Below, in pieces: positions 33,790-42,199 of a stretch of 64,000 bases of DNA (position 1 is the stretch's first letter; each line of letters opens with the position of its first letter). The notes under the pieces are model-generated. The model ran no database searches and was not told where the DNA came from. It worked only from the letters and a program-made list of their open reading frames with translations. A program made the position numbers and the translations under genes. Origin of the DNA: a virus; IMG/VR virus record IMGVR_UViG_3300046007_008377, positions 5,009 to 69,008 of that record. The stretch is one strand, 5' to 3'.

Positions 33790-34446
33790 TTAAAATTTAT
33801 TTCCTTCTTCTGTAAATTCGTATTCGTTGGATTCTATTTCATCTGAGATATATTCATCGGAGTACATATAATCTTCTTCCTTTTGTAAAGTCGATCGCAT
33901 TGCGTCAAAACACTCGTTTAATAGGTCCTCAAAATTTGTGCTACCAAAAGTTCTTAATTCTAAAAAATCGTAAATTGGCCCCATAATATCATCATCATAG
34001 CACATTCCGGTTAAATTGCAATTCTTTGCAACCTTGCAAATATTTGAGTAATAAGCAGAATAAAATAAACCTTTGTTTGGTCCGTTTTTTATTTCCGTTT
34101 GTTTTCGCATTCGGTGAAAAGGTTTTAAGTCTTTTGAGTTAACGCCTGATTTTAAGTATTTTCTTTTGTACAAAGTATCTCCGAAATTGTTTAAAATATA
34201 CTTTCTTAATCTCAAACCGGTTAATTGTAAAATATCATCATCGATATTTGAAGTATTACAATCTAACCAGGACCTGAACCCGCTTTTTACGTCAAATGCA
34301 GCACAAAACGCCTTAACAGTACTTTCCGCGTCGCTGTAAATAAAATCGAAAGTTAAATTATTGTTTCTGTAGTTTTCGATTGCAATTTCTTGAGCTTTTT
34401 TACTAAGTTCCTCAAATTTGTAGATTTTTGTTCTTATTGTTCTCAT
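33790..34446 (-). CDS. Hypothetical early phage protein
   Basis: 218 aa; YKFEELSKKAQEIAIE...NEYEFTEEG. Confidence 0.7.
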   Translation of the reverse strand: MRTIRTKIYKFEELSKKAQEIAIENYRNNNLTFDFIYSDAESTVKAFCAAFDVKSGFRSWLDCNTSNIDDDILQLTGLRLRKYILNNFGDTLYKRKYLKSGVNSKDLKPFHRMRKQTEIKNGPNKGLFYSAYYSNICKVAKNCNLTGMCYDDDIMGPIYDFLELRTFGSTNFEDLLNECFDAMRSTLQKEEDYMYSDEYISDEIESNEYEFTEEGNKF

Positions 34447-34509
34447 GGTTTTTCCGTCTTTTTAATCTGAAGCGGCTAACAGCTTTTAAATAGATTTTAT
34501 TTTTAGTAA

Positions 34510-34743
34510 TTAATTAAATGGTTTTATATCGTCTCTATTTCCTTCTTCCGGAAAACATTTGTAGACTATTTTTGGTAAATTGTAGTTTTTATTTTGTTCG
34601 TTTATTACCGGAATAAATTCGCATTGATAAACAAATGAATTAAAACCTTGGTTTTTTAATTTTGATCCGTTAAAAATTAACGGTACTTTTTTATCTGAAA
34701 TATCGATATATTTTTGGCCTTGAATTAGTTGTGAATGCTGCAT
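34510..34743 (-). CDS. Hypothetical protein
   Basis: 77 aa ORF. Confidence 0.55.
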   Translation of the reverse strand: MQHSQLIQGQKYIDISDKKVPLIFNGSKLKNQGFNSFVYQCEFIPVINEQNKNYNLPKIVYKCFPEEGNRDDIKPFN

Positions 34744-34768
34744 AATTAAATTTGAATTAAAATAGATT

Positions 34769-35119
34769 TTATTTATTAAAAAATTGTTTTGTTAGTCCGT
34801 TTGTTGATCCTTGAAAAGTTGCAATTACTTTTGTTGGATTGCTTACCTCTAAAAAAATATCGTTGCTATTGTTAATTATTACTTCATAATAACCGCGTTT
34901 AACCAGGTGCAAACTTTTTTGAGTTGATCCGCTACATTGATAAATAGTATCTCCGGCGCTTTTGCTTTTGTCAATTAAAATTAAATTTCCAGGACCTTGA
35001 AAAATTAAGGTACATTTTTCGGTCGGGTAAAGTTCGGGCGCCTGAATAGTTTCTTTAATTTCGGGCGCCGTGCAGCTTGTTAAAATTGCTAAAGTCGGGA
35101 GTAAAAAATATTTTTTCAT
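34769..35119 (-). CDS. Lipoprotein
   Basis: MKKYFLLPTLAILTSC lipobox. Confidence 0.7.
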   Translation of the reverse strand: MKKYFLLPTLAILTSCTAPEIKETIQAPELYPTEKCTLIFQGPGNLILIDKSKSAGDTIYQCSGSTQKSLHLVKRGYYEVIINNSNDIFLEVSNPTKVIATFQGSTNGLTKQFFNK

Positions 35120-35203
35120 GATTGTATTAAGATTGAAATAATTAAGATTAAAAAAGTTGATAGGGTAAATTTTATTTTTGCGTTGGTTCCTGGATCCGTT
35201 TTT

Positions 35204-35734
35204 TTACTTTTCATTTTCCCAAATTTGAAGAACGTTTTTAACGTATTGATTTTTTAGCTCTAATGCCTTCTTAAAATCAATTTTAAGTAGCTTTTTACCG
35301 TCGAAATAATGAATTTTATATAAGTGATCGTTTCCGTAATTTTTCGCGTAGTATTCTACTTCTAAAACGCTATCTTTTAAGATTCTTTCACGTGCGGCCG
35401 TTCCGAATAAATAAGGCACCGTTTCGCCTTTTTTTGGAAAGTGTGTTAGGTCCGTTCTGAAAAGTGATAAACTTGTACCGGTTGACCTTGCAATGTGTAT
35501 AAATTTTGCGCCTGGATTTTCCTCGATGCTTTTTTTATCGTGTTGAAAATCGGTTGCGTAATGCTTCACGAAATTTTTTGTTTTGTCGTGTAGCTGCTCG
35601 AAAATACTTTTTTCGGCCGGTATTAATTTTGCCGTTGTAATTCCGTCAATAGTTACAAAAATTTGTTTTTTAGGTTCAACAAATTTCGAGTAATCGATTT
35701 TTTTTGCTGCTGGAAATTGGATTGCGTTTTTCAT
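35204..35734 (-). CDS. Hypothetical early protein
   Basis: 176 aa ORF. Confidence 0.65.
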   Translation of the reverse strand: MKNAIQFPAAKKIDYSKFVEPKKQIFVTIDGITTAKLIPAEKSIFEQLHDKTKNFVKHYATDFQHDKKSIEENPGAKFIHIARSTGTSLSLFRTDLTHFPKKGETVPYLFGTAARERILKDSVLEVEYYAKNYGNDHLYKIHYFDGKKLLKIDFKKALELKNQYVKNVLQIWENEK

Positions 35735-35835
35735 GATTTTTATAAGATTTAGATTTAAAATAATTGAAATTTGTTAATTGAAAAAATGACCTACTAACGT
35801 CAAGCGCGTTCGGTCGTTTTAAAGATGTTTTTGAA

Positions 35836-36237
35836 TTAACCTACTATATTAACTTTGCCGTTTGAATAGTAATATTGAAAGGCGTTATTGTCTCCGCAGC
35901 AATTGTATAAAGGCACATAAAAAGAATTATGATAATTTCCTGCATCATAAACGCCTGCAAGCTCAAAACCAGTAAAATTTTGCAAAATATTTTCCTCTCT
36001 ATAGCCAAAAGGATTATTTTTTCTTTCGGATCCTGAAGGAGTTTTCCAAAGATTTTTCAAAAAATCAATTCCCTTTTTATTTTGTTCCGGCGTTAAGGTT
36101 GCCGGATTGTCCCAAATTTCGGATAAATCAATTTTTTCTTTAGCGTTTAACCTTCTGCAAATAAGGTTAATTTGCTGCTCTGTAGCAATACCGGAAAGAA
36201 CTATTTCCGAAATTATTTTTTCACTTGAATTTTTCAT
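35836..36237 (-). CDS. Hypothetical early protein
   Basis: 133 aa ORF. Confidence 0.65.
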   Translation of the reverse strand: MKNSSEKIISEIVLSGIATEQQINLICRRLNAKEKIDLSEIWDNPATLTPEQNKKGIDFLKNLWKTPSGSERKNNPFGYREENILQNFTGFELAGVYDAGNYHNSFYVPLYNCCGDNNAFQYYYSNGKVNIVG

Positions 36238-36241
36238 GATG

Positions 36242-36514
36242 TTAAGAATTTAAAAGGTTTAAAATATCGTTTTCTGTTTCTTGAATGTTGTAAGACTGAA
36301 AGACAATCCCGCCGCCGTATTGTTTGTTATGAAATTTGCGGCCGCCAATTTTACGCGCTCTATTTAACGCGGTGTTATAACGATCTGAAATTTTAGCGCT
36401 AGTATTGAAATAATTTTCTGAATCTTTCAATAAGTTTGAAAAGTGGCAAACATAACGCGGGTTTCCGTTTACGTCGTTGTTTACTCTAGTAAATGAAATT
36501 TTTGTAGTTTCCAT
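36242..36514 (-). CDS. Hypothetical early protein
   Basis: 90 aa; NDVNGNPRYVCHF...YGGGIVFQSYN. Confidence 0.7.
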   Translation of the reverse strand: METTKISFTRVNNDVNGNPRYVCHFSNLLKDSENYFNTSAKISDRYNTALNRARKIGGRKFHNKQYGGGIVFQSYNIQETENDILNLLNS

Positions 36515-36519
36515 GATGA

Positions 36520-36648
36520 TTAAATAATAAAGTTGATAATATTTGTAAATTCGCTAATAATAATAAGAAGGCCACAAGCGGAAAACGCCGTAATAAATAA
36601 CAATATTTTGCCCTGTGTTTGTTCCGGTAATAAATTAAATTTTTTCAT
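36520..36648 (-). CDS. Small single-TM protein (42 aa)
   Basis: MKKFNLLPEQTQGKILLFITAFSACGLLIIISEFTNIINFII. Confidence 0.5.
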   Translation of the reverse strand: MKKFNLLPEQTQGKILLFITAFSACGLLIIISEFTNIINFII

Positions 36649-36652
36649 GGTT

Positions 36653-36814
36653 CTAATTTTTAAAGGTTGTAATAAAAACACTAACAAAGGCCGCCAGGAG
36701 TAACGATAAAAGAACGTAATTAAATAGCGTTTTAGTTGTCATGCAAAACATAAGCGCCACGACTATAAAACTACAAACGGCCAAAAGGAAATAAAGAATA
36801 AATTTTGATTTCAT
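36653..36814 (-). CDS. Small two-TM protein (53 aa), first gene of early operon
   Basis: MKSKFILYFLLAVCSFIVVALMFCMTTKTLFNYVLLSLLLAAFVSVFITTFKN. Confidence 0.55.
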   Translation of the reverse strand: MKSKFILYFLLAVCSFIVVALMFCMTTKTLFNYVLLSLLLAAFVSVFITTFKN

Positions 36815-36846
36815 AATTTTAAATTTTTATTGTTTTAATTCTGAAA

Positions 36847-36854
36847 CAAACGTA
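36847..36854 (-). promoter_or_regulatory. -7 box (TACGTTTG) driving early operon
   Basis: TAnnTTTG 32 nt upstream of 36814. Confidence 0.6.
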
Positions 36855-37829
36855 CAACAGCACCACAAACGAAACTAATAAAATCGTTAATCTACATAAA
36901 AAGTCGATGAAATACATCATTGACAAAGTAAAATCCTACAAAAATATAGTGTTGAATAGTGTAAAAGTATCGATAAATAAAGGACTTTTGAAGGTTGCCG
37001 CCTGGAATAGTGTAAATTTGCCAATTAAAGGAAAGCAGCAGACACAAAACAAAGGACCAAAACACAATCCAACAACACCGGGGAACCTGAAGACACAAAA
37101 ACCACGTTTTAAACGATCGTAAACATTAACAGACCGAAATATATATTTTAATGCGTTATTGTTGTTTAATTGTTTTTATATGCAACCTGGAAATATAGAA
37201 ATATATTAATTTATTATAGGATCCGTTTAAATATCTGAAATTTGCCAATAGTCAGAGCGCACCAAGGAACACCCCAAAACAAACACACAACACCATACAA
37301 CAACAATAAAAAAAAATAGCGCGTTTCCTTCACGGTTTTAAATTTCGTGATTGTCGAGTATTTTATGAAAGGTTAATTTAATTTTGTGGAGTTTTGTGCA
37401 ACCTGGAAAGGCGCAACGCTTTAAAAATCAATAATTTGCGCGAGTTTTAAACGGGATCAATAAATTTAGTTATCGGAGTAAACAACAAAGATAATTTATA
37501 ATTGATTGAAAGCTAGTAAGTTAGTGTTTTAATATACAATCGTATTAAGATTATAAATGTGAGATGAAGCAGCAGCAACCGAACATAAAAACGGCGTAAG
37601 TTTATACATAAAGGCCTGGATATCAAGTATAAAAAGGCAAAACATTTACAAAATATAATCCAAAAGAAAGGCCCCCGCCATCAAAAAAACCGTTTCCCTT
37701 TTGCCGATTGCCGCCCAGGTCCGTGGGTATAATCCCTACCTACCACATACTCTCACCACATTTAAAAAACGAACCTACAATTTCTAAAACCTCTGTAAAA
37801 CAAAGGGCTAATGCGGTATTCTATATAAA

Positions 37830-37951
37830 AGTGAACGATTTGGCTTAAAAAGGGCAAAAGTGAACGATTAGTGAACGATTTGGATATAAAAGTGAACGAT
37901 TCAATAAAAAAAAGTGAACGATTAGGTATTGTTATTTGAACGTCGTTCACT
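37830..37951. repeat. Array of AGTGAACGATT repeats (5 direct plus 1 inverted 9-mer)
   Basis: Copies start at 37830, 37859, 37870, 37891, 37913; inverted TCGTTCACT at 37943-37951. Confidence 0.9.
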
Positions 37952-37958
37952 ATATTTG
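37951..37958 (+). promoter_or_regulatory. -7 box (TATATTTG)
   Basis: Abuts repeat array, upstream of HTH gene 37987. Confidence 0.65.
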
Positions 37959-37986
37959 CATATTAGTAATTATAAATGTTTAAATA

Positions 37987-38364
37987 ATGATTGATCAGGA
38001 AAAGGATTTCAGGCATAAAAAGATTTTGGATTTACATAACCAGGGTAAGAGCATTGCGGCTATTGCTAAGGAAATGGTAATGAGTAAGGGTGGAGTTCAC
38101 AAAATACTTTCTAGTTTGATTATAAAAGGAGATTCTCCTAAAAAGGAGCCTATAGCTAAGGTTAAGTTATCTGGTCAAGAAGAAAGGTTTAGTTCGTTTG
38201 TAGGATATGAGAGAACTGATGTAAATCAATATGTACATAAGGAGACTGGTGAGATTGTAAATATAGCTTTTGTAAAGGCTAAGAAAGCTGGCGAATTTGG
38301 ATATTTTGTGAAGGTATCTAGTGTTGAAAAAAAATCGACCGCAAGCGGTAATGAAGTAATCTAG
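37987..38364 (+). CDS. HTH DNA-binding protein
   Basis: ILDLHNQGKSIAAIAKEMVMSKGGVHKIL. Confidence 0.7.
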   Translation: MIDQEKDFRHKKILDLHNQGKSIAAIAKEMVMSKGGVHKILSSLIIKGDSPKKEPIAKVKLSGQEERFSSFVGYERTDVNQYVHKETGEIVNIAFVKAKKAGEFGYFVKVSSVEKKSTASGNEVI

Positions 38365-38369
38365 AAATC

Positions 38370-38627
38370 ATGACAGAGATAAGAGATCATAAGTACGAAT
38401 TTAAAACGTACAATGGCAGAGTGAAAATTTACGTTGATGGGTATGTGATGTTTTGTTTTAATCAGATTGATTTTGCGGGATATTACGCCTATAAGGACGA
38501 TCGTAATCTCTACGGACTCGATATTTATATGAATCGAGAAAAAGCGGGACAATGCCAGATGGAGATTTATTTTAAGACTAAGGAGAATTGGATTGGAGTT
38601 CTTAAATTGCTAGACGAAAACATGTAA
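38370..38627 (+). CDS. Hypothetical protein
   Basis: 85 aa ORF. Confidence 0.6.
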   Translation: MTEIRDHKYEFKTYNGRVKIYVDGYVMFCFNQIDFAGYYAYKDDRNLYGLDIYMNREKAGQCQMEIYFKTKENWIGVLKLLDENM

Positions 38628-38636
38628 TTAATAAAT

Positions 38637-38846
38637 ATGGAAGATTCAAAACGTTGCGCGATTGAGCTTGTTGAGAAAATGCGTTTATCTAGTTTAAAGA
38701 TTACTAAAAAAGACGCTAAGGTTTGTGCTTCAATTGCGGCTCAATACATTATTAATGCAAATCCGCACAGCAATCCTCTAAATACGGAAGTACATTCTAC
38801 TATTGGATTTTGGCAAGAAGTTAAACAAGAAATAGAGAAATTATAA
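38637..38846 (+). CDS. Hypothetical phage protein
   Basis: 69 aa; AKVCASIA...FWQEVKQEIEKL. Confidence 0.65.
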   Translation: MEDSKRCAIELVEKMRLSSLKITKKDAKVCASIAAQYIINANPHSNPLNTEVHSTIGFWQEVKQEIEKL

Positions 38847-38850
38847 AATT

Positions 38851-38911
38851 GGAAAGATGGCTGAATGGTTAAAGCTGAAAGAGTGTGCAGGTTCGAGTCC
38901 TGCTCTTTCCC
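38851..38911 (+). ncRNA. tRNA-like RNA lacking an anticodon arm (pseudo-tRNA or mimic)
   Basis: Acceptor GGAAAGA/TCTTTCC, D arm GCTG-AATGGTTA-AAGC, T arm GCAGG-TTCGAGT-CCTGC; only 11 nt between D and T arms. Confidence 0.75.
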
Positions 38912-39006
38912 CTACAAGTTGATCATTGGTCAGCAACACAACTTTGATAAGTGCTTGCACACGCGAGATTTTAATTACTAGGAATTGTTAAAATAATAAA
39001 GAAATT

Positions 39007-39333
39007 ATGCCAGATATATCAATGTGTTCTAATGCACTATGCCATTCTAAAGATTATTGCTATAGATTTACAGCTACTCCTAATCCCCATAGACAAAGTT
39101 ATATGGGTTTTGGTCCTAAAGAAGGAGAAGATAAATGCGATGATTTTTGGCCAAATAATAAAGACTCTGAAAAATGTAAACTAAATGGAGTTAAACGTGA
39201 AGGTGAGATATGCAATTTAGAACAATGCAACTATCCTAAATGCACCCAAGAAAATTATTGTAAGTATTGTCATCAAACAGATGGTGTACATAAAATGGGT
39301 TGTGAAACTAGAAAAATACAAATAAACTTATGA
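39007..39333 (+). CDS. Cys-rich hypothetical protein
   Basis: MPDISMC...C...CYRF; multiple CxxC. Confidence 0.65.
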   Translation: MPDISMCSNALCHSKDYCYRFTATPNPHRQSYMGFGPKEGEDKCDDFWPNNKDSEKCKLNGVKREGEICNLEQCNYPKCTQENYCKYCHQTDGVHKMGCETRKIQINL

Positions 39334-39569
39334 AACAAACAGCAGTAGAATGGTTAATTTCTAAAATAGAGGTTAATTCAAATCCTTCACTTACACAAAA
39401 AGAAATGATTGTATACATTGAACAAGCCAAAGAAATGGAAAAGCAACAGATAATTGATGCTCAATCCTATGCAATATCAAAAGCTGATATGACAAATAAT
39501 AGAGGTTTTTTTGATTGCGAACAATACTACAACGAAACATTTAACCTTTCACAACAAGATAAACCCTAA
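39330..39569 (+). CDS. Hypothetical phage protein
   Basis: MKQTAVEWL...QAKEMEKQQIIDA...EQYYNETF. Confidence 0.7.
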   Translation: MKQTAVEWLISKIEVNSNPSLTQKEMIVYIEQAKEMEKQQIIDAQSYAISKADMTNNRGFFDCEQYYNETFNLSQQDKP

Positions 39570-39586
39570 ATTTTGGGGTTTATGTA

Positions 39587-39817
39587 ATGACAAAAAGTAA
39601 GATGACACTAAAAGAAAAGTTTGAACAATATGCAAAGGATGAAATTTGGCGAACCAGAAACTATAATGCAGAAGAATGTGAACTTATAGCAGATGAATTT
39701 GCTATTGGATTTGCAGAGTGGTATTTGAATTTATCTAAATCAGATGATTGGGAAAAATTTGATTACAACACAAATGAAAAACTACTAGAAATCTATAAAA
39801 AAGAAAAAGGATTGTGA
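39587..39817 (+). CDS. Hypothetical phage protein
   Basis: ADEFAIGFAEW...LLEIYKKEKGL. Confidence 0.65.
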   Translation: MTKSKMTLKEKFEQYAKDEIWRTRNYNAEECELIADEFAIGFAEWYLNLSKSDDWEKFDYNTNEKLLEIYKKEKGL

Positions 39818-40173
39818 TTTACTTTAAATATTCAACAAGGCTTGTAATATTATTTGATAATATAGTTATCAAAATACCTATAAGCAGAAGAGGTTATCTA
39901 CAAGGAATCAATGAGAAATACGTTTGGGATAAGTATAAAGATATTGATTTATTAGCGGAACTAAAATGGGTATTTATAGGTGTAGTATGTCAAAAGAGAT
40001 ATGATGCTGTTAAATCAATACCAAATGTAGTTGTAAGACGTATTAAATCAAAAGTTCCTGAATTTGATTTTGATAACTGCGATTTACATAACAGTAAAAA
40101 CTGGGGAATAGAAAATAAAGAATACATCTTACTTGACTATGGTATCAACAAACACATTGCAAGTTTATATTAA
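39814..40173 (+). CDS. Miniature protein-kinase-like protein
   Basis: VIKIP, E of a helix-C-like segment, DLHNSKNWG, LLDYG in 119 aa; GTG start. Confidence 0.5.
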   Translation: MIYFKYSTRLVILFDNIVIKIPISRRGYLQGINEKYVWDKYKDIDLLAELKWVFIGVVCQKRYDAVKSIPNVVVRRIKSKVPEFDFDNCDLHNSKNWGIENKEYILLDYGINKHIASLY

Positions 40174-40232
40174 AACAAATAAACCTATAAAACGGCAGTA
40201 AATGTAAAAAAGTGCCAATAATCAGATAAAAA

Positions 40233-40586
40233 ATGAAATTTGAAACTTGGTTAGACGACAATTATCCGTACAGAAATAGAAATTACAGGAATGAAAAATT
40301 GTACGGCAAAAGCAAATATGACGAAACTTATTTATACAACGAACTATTAGAAATTTTTAAAAAAGAAATTATGATTCCATTACATTACCCGCAGCAATAC
40401 GATGTTATAGATTTTGTAAGCGACAACGGCTTAAATTTTAACGAGGGAAACGTTATTAAGTACATTACGCGCGCTAGAAAAAAAGGAACGCATTTAATTG
40501 ATTTAGAGAAGGCCTTGGATTATATCCAGCGAGAAATTAAGATTGTGAGAGAGAAAGAATTAAAATTAATAGAAAACGATCGATGA
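40233..40586 (+). CDS. DUF3310-like protein (with N-terminal extension)
   Basis: PLHY, LNFNEGNVIKYITRARKKG, DLEKALDY. Confidence 0.8.
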   Translation: MKFETWLDDNYPYRNRNYRNEKLYGKSKYDETYLYNELLEIFKKEIMIPLHYPQQYDVIDFVSDNGLNFNEGNVIKYITRARKKGTHLIDLEKALDYIQREIKIVREKELKLIENDR

Positions 40587-40870
40587 TTTCCAAAGAACAA
40601 TTTGCAAACGCAATAGAGGCTATAAGATTGCAGCAATACGAAGATAAAAAGAATAGTCAATTGCTTCAAGAAGCGTTTTCAATTAACGAATTTCCGATAT
40701 TTCAGAATGATAAATTGGTTAATACAATAATAGACTTGCTTTCTTTTTGGTTTGACAAAGAAGAATTGCAACACTATTGTTTTGATTGTGATTTTGGTAA
40801 AACTGGACCTGAATCTGAATGGGAAACACCTGAAGAATTATATAACAAACTGCTTAAAAATAAAAAATGA
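40583..40870 (+). CDS. Hypothetical protein
   Basis: 95 aa, coupled. Confidence 0.65.
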   Translation: MISKEQFANAIEAIRLQQYEDKKNSQLLQEAFSINEFPIFQNDKLVNTIIDLLSFWFDKEELQHYCFDCDFGKTGPESEWETPEELYNKLLKNKK

Positions 40871-40998
40871 CTGACCAAGAAAAATTAAATGAGCTATTGG
40901 CTAAAAGAACAAAACTTATGCTTAAAGGATCAAACGACGAAAAGTTAAACGACAAAATTCGTGAATTGCAAAAAATAATTCGAGATGCAAGAAGATAA
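40867..40998 (+). CDS. Small hypothetical protein (43 aa)
   Basis: MTDQEKLNELLAKRTKL..., ATGA-coupled. Confidence 0.5.
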   Translation: MTDQEKLNELLAKRTKLMLKGSNDEKLNDKIRELQKIIRDARR

Positions 40999-41788
40999 AA
41001 GAAAGTACAACGGCCGACGCGCAGGAACTACTAAAAACAAAATTCAAGGCGCATTTGCTGAGAAAAAAGATACTTTCGGAAGCGCTAAAGAAAAGAGAAA
41101 TAGGTTCCAAACCGAATCGATGGAAGAATTTCTTAAAATTAAACCAGGAGAAACTTTTGAGCAATGGGAAAAACGCACTTCTAAAAAAAGAATCCATGGC
41201 GTTACAAAAAAGAACAATTTGTCAATTGCCAAAAACGGAAAAATAGTCGTCGATAGAGAACGATTAACCGGAATGGCCAAAGAGAAGCAAGTTATAATTC
41301 GCCACAAATTTATAGAGCGTCCGTATGACTTTTTGGAAAATTATGCTTTTATTATGCGCTGGGCTAGTATTAGGTACAACATCTCAAAAGACGACATTGA
41401 AATTGCTTTTTTCTTTTATGGAAAAGGAATGTTTACCAAGGAAGAATTTACGCGCGTATGCGTTCAATTAGGAACCGTAAAAGGTGTTTGGACTAGATTT
41501 GTAAATAAGCCTTACATTACCGCAGCAGTTTTAGTAACCAAAGATAATGTAGTCAAAGAAATGGAATATTATCAATTAACGGCTGAATTTTCAAGATTGC
41601 TATTGGCGGTTTATGGCGGTTTGTCCAAAGTAAACAAACTAACTTTGACAATTAGATCATCTGCTCAGTACAAAAGAAACGTAGTGCATAAAGAACTAAA
41701 TGATTTTTTAGAACAACTTAATCGAGAAGTTGACCAAACAATAAAAGGAGAATTAATTCCTTATTTTGACAAGAAAAATATTGAATAA
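40985..41788 (+). CDS. Hypothetical protein
   Basis: 267 aa; basic N-terminus, possible winged-helix C-terminal half. Confidence 0.6.
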   Translation: MQEDKRKYNGRRAGTTKNKIQGAFAEKKDTFGSAKEKRNRFQTESMEEFLKIKPGETFEQWEKRTSKKRIHGVTKKNNLSIAKNGKIVVDRERLTGMAKEKQVIIRHKFIERPYDFLENYAFIMRWASIRYNISKDDIEIAFFFYGKGMFTKEEFTRVCVQLGTVKGVWTRFVNKPYITAAVLVTKDNVVKEMEYYQLTAEFSRLLLAVYGGLSKVNKLTLTIRSSAQYKRNVVHKELNDFLEQLNREVDQTIKGELIPYFDKKNIE

Positions 41789-41909
41789 CTTTTAATAATT
41801 GTAGCAGTAGCAAACTGCATAAAACGCATATTGCAATATGCAATATTGATTACAAAAAAACTGAAATTTAATTTAAATCCCGATTGCAAGGATAAGTGCT
41901 AGAATTACA

Positions 41910-42164
41910 ATGAACAAATCAGAATTAATTAAAGTTGTTGCTTATAAAGCGTCAGTAACTCAAGAAACGGCAAAAAAAGTTATCAATGCGACTTTTGAAA
42001 TTATTGAAAAAGCAACCATGGAAGAAGGTAGAGTTGCAATTGCCGAATTTGGCGTTTTCAAAAAGCATGAAGCGGCTCCAAGAGAAGGAAGGAATCCAGC
42101 AACAGGACAAAAATTACAAATTCCGGCAAAAACGCTAATTAAGTTTAAACCTTCACAAGCATAA
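41910..42164 (+). CDS. hup: HU/IHF-family DNA-binding protein
   Basis: MNKSELI...FGVF...REGRNPATG...IPAK...FKP. Confidence 0.95.
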   Translation: MNKSELIKVVAYKASVTQETAKKVINATFEIIEKATMEEGRVAIAEFGVFKKHEAAPREGRNPATGQKLQIPAKTLIKFKPSQA

Positions 42165-42166
42165 AC

Positions 42167-42198
42167 AAAAAACCCGATACATTAGCATCGGGTTTTTT
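42167..42198. terminator. Bidirectional intrinsic terminator
   Basis: AAAAAACCCGAT...ATCGGGTTTTTT between convergent genes. Confidence 0.8.
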
Positions 42199-42199
42199 A

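Noticed and set aside
36892-37122. Two short opposing ORFs (68 and 71 aa) in the non-coding switch region
   Set aside because: No family motif, mutually overlapping and compositionally biased; the plus-strand one cannot be fully excluded.
37830-37951. Repeat array as a CRISPR array
   Set aside because: Repeats are only 11 bp with 0-18 nt gaps, and no cas genes are present.
38851-38911. Functional decoding tRNA
   Set aside because: No anticodon stem-loop can be formed from the 11 nt between the D and T arms.
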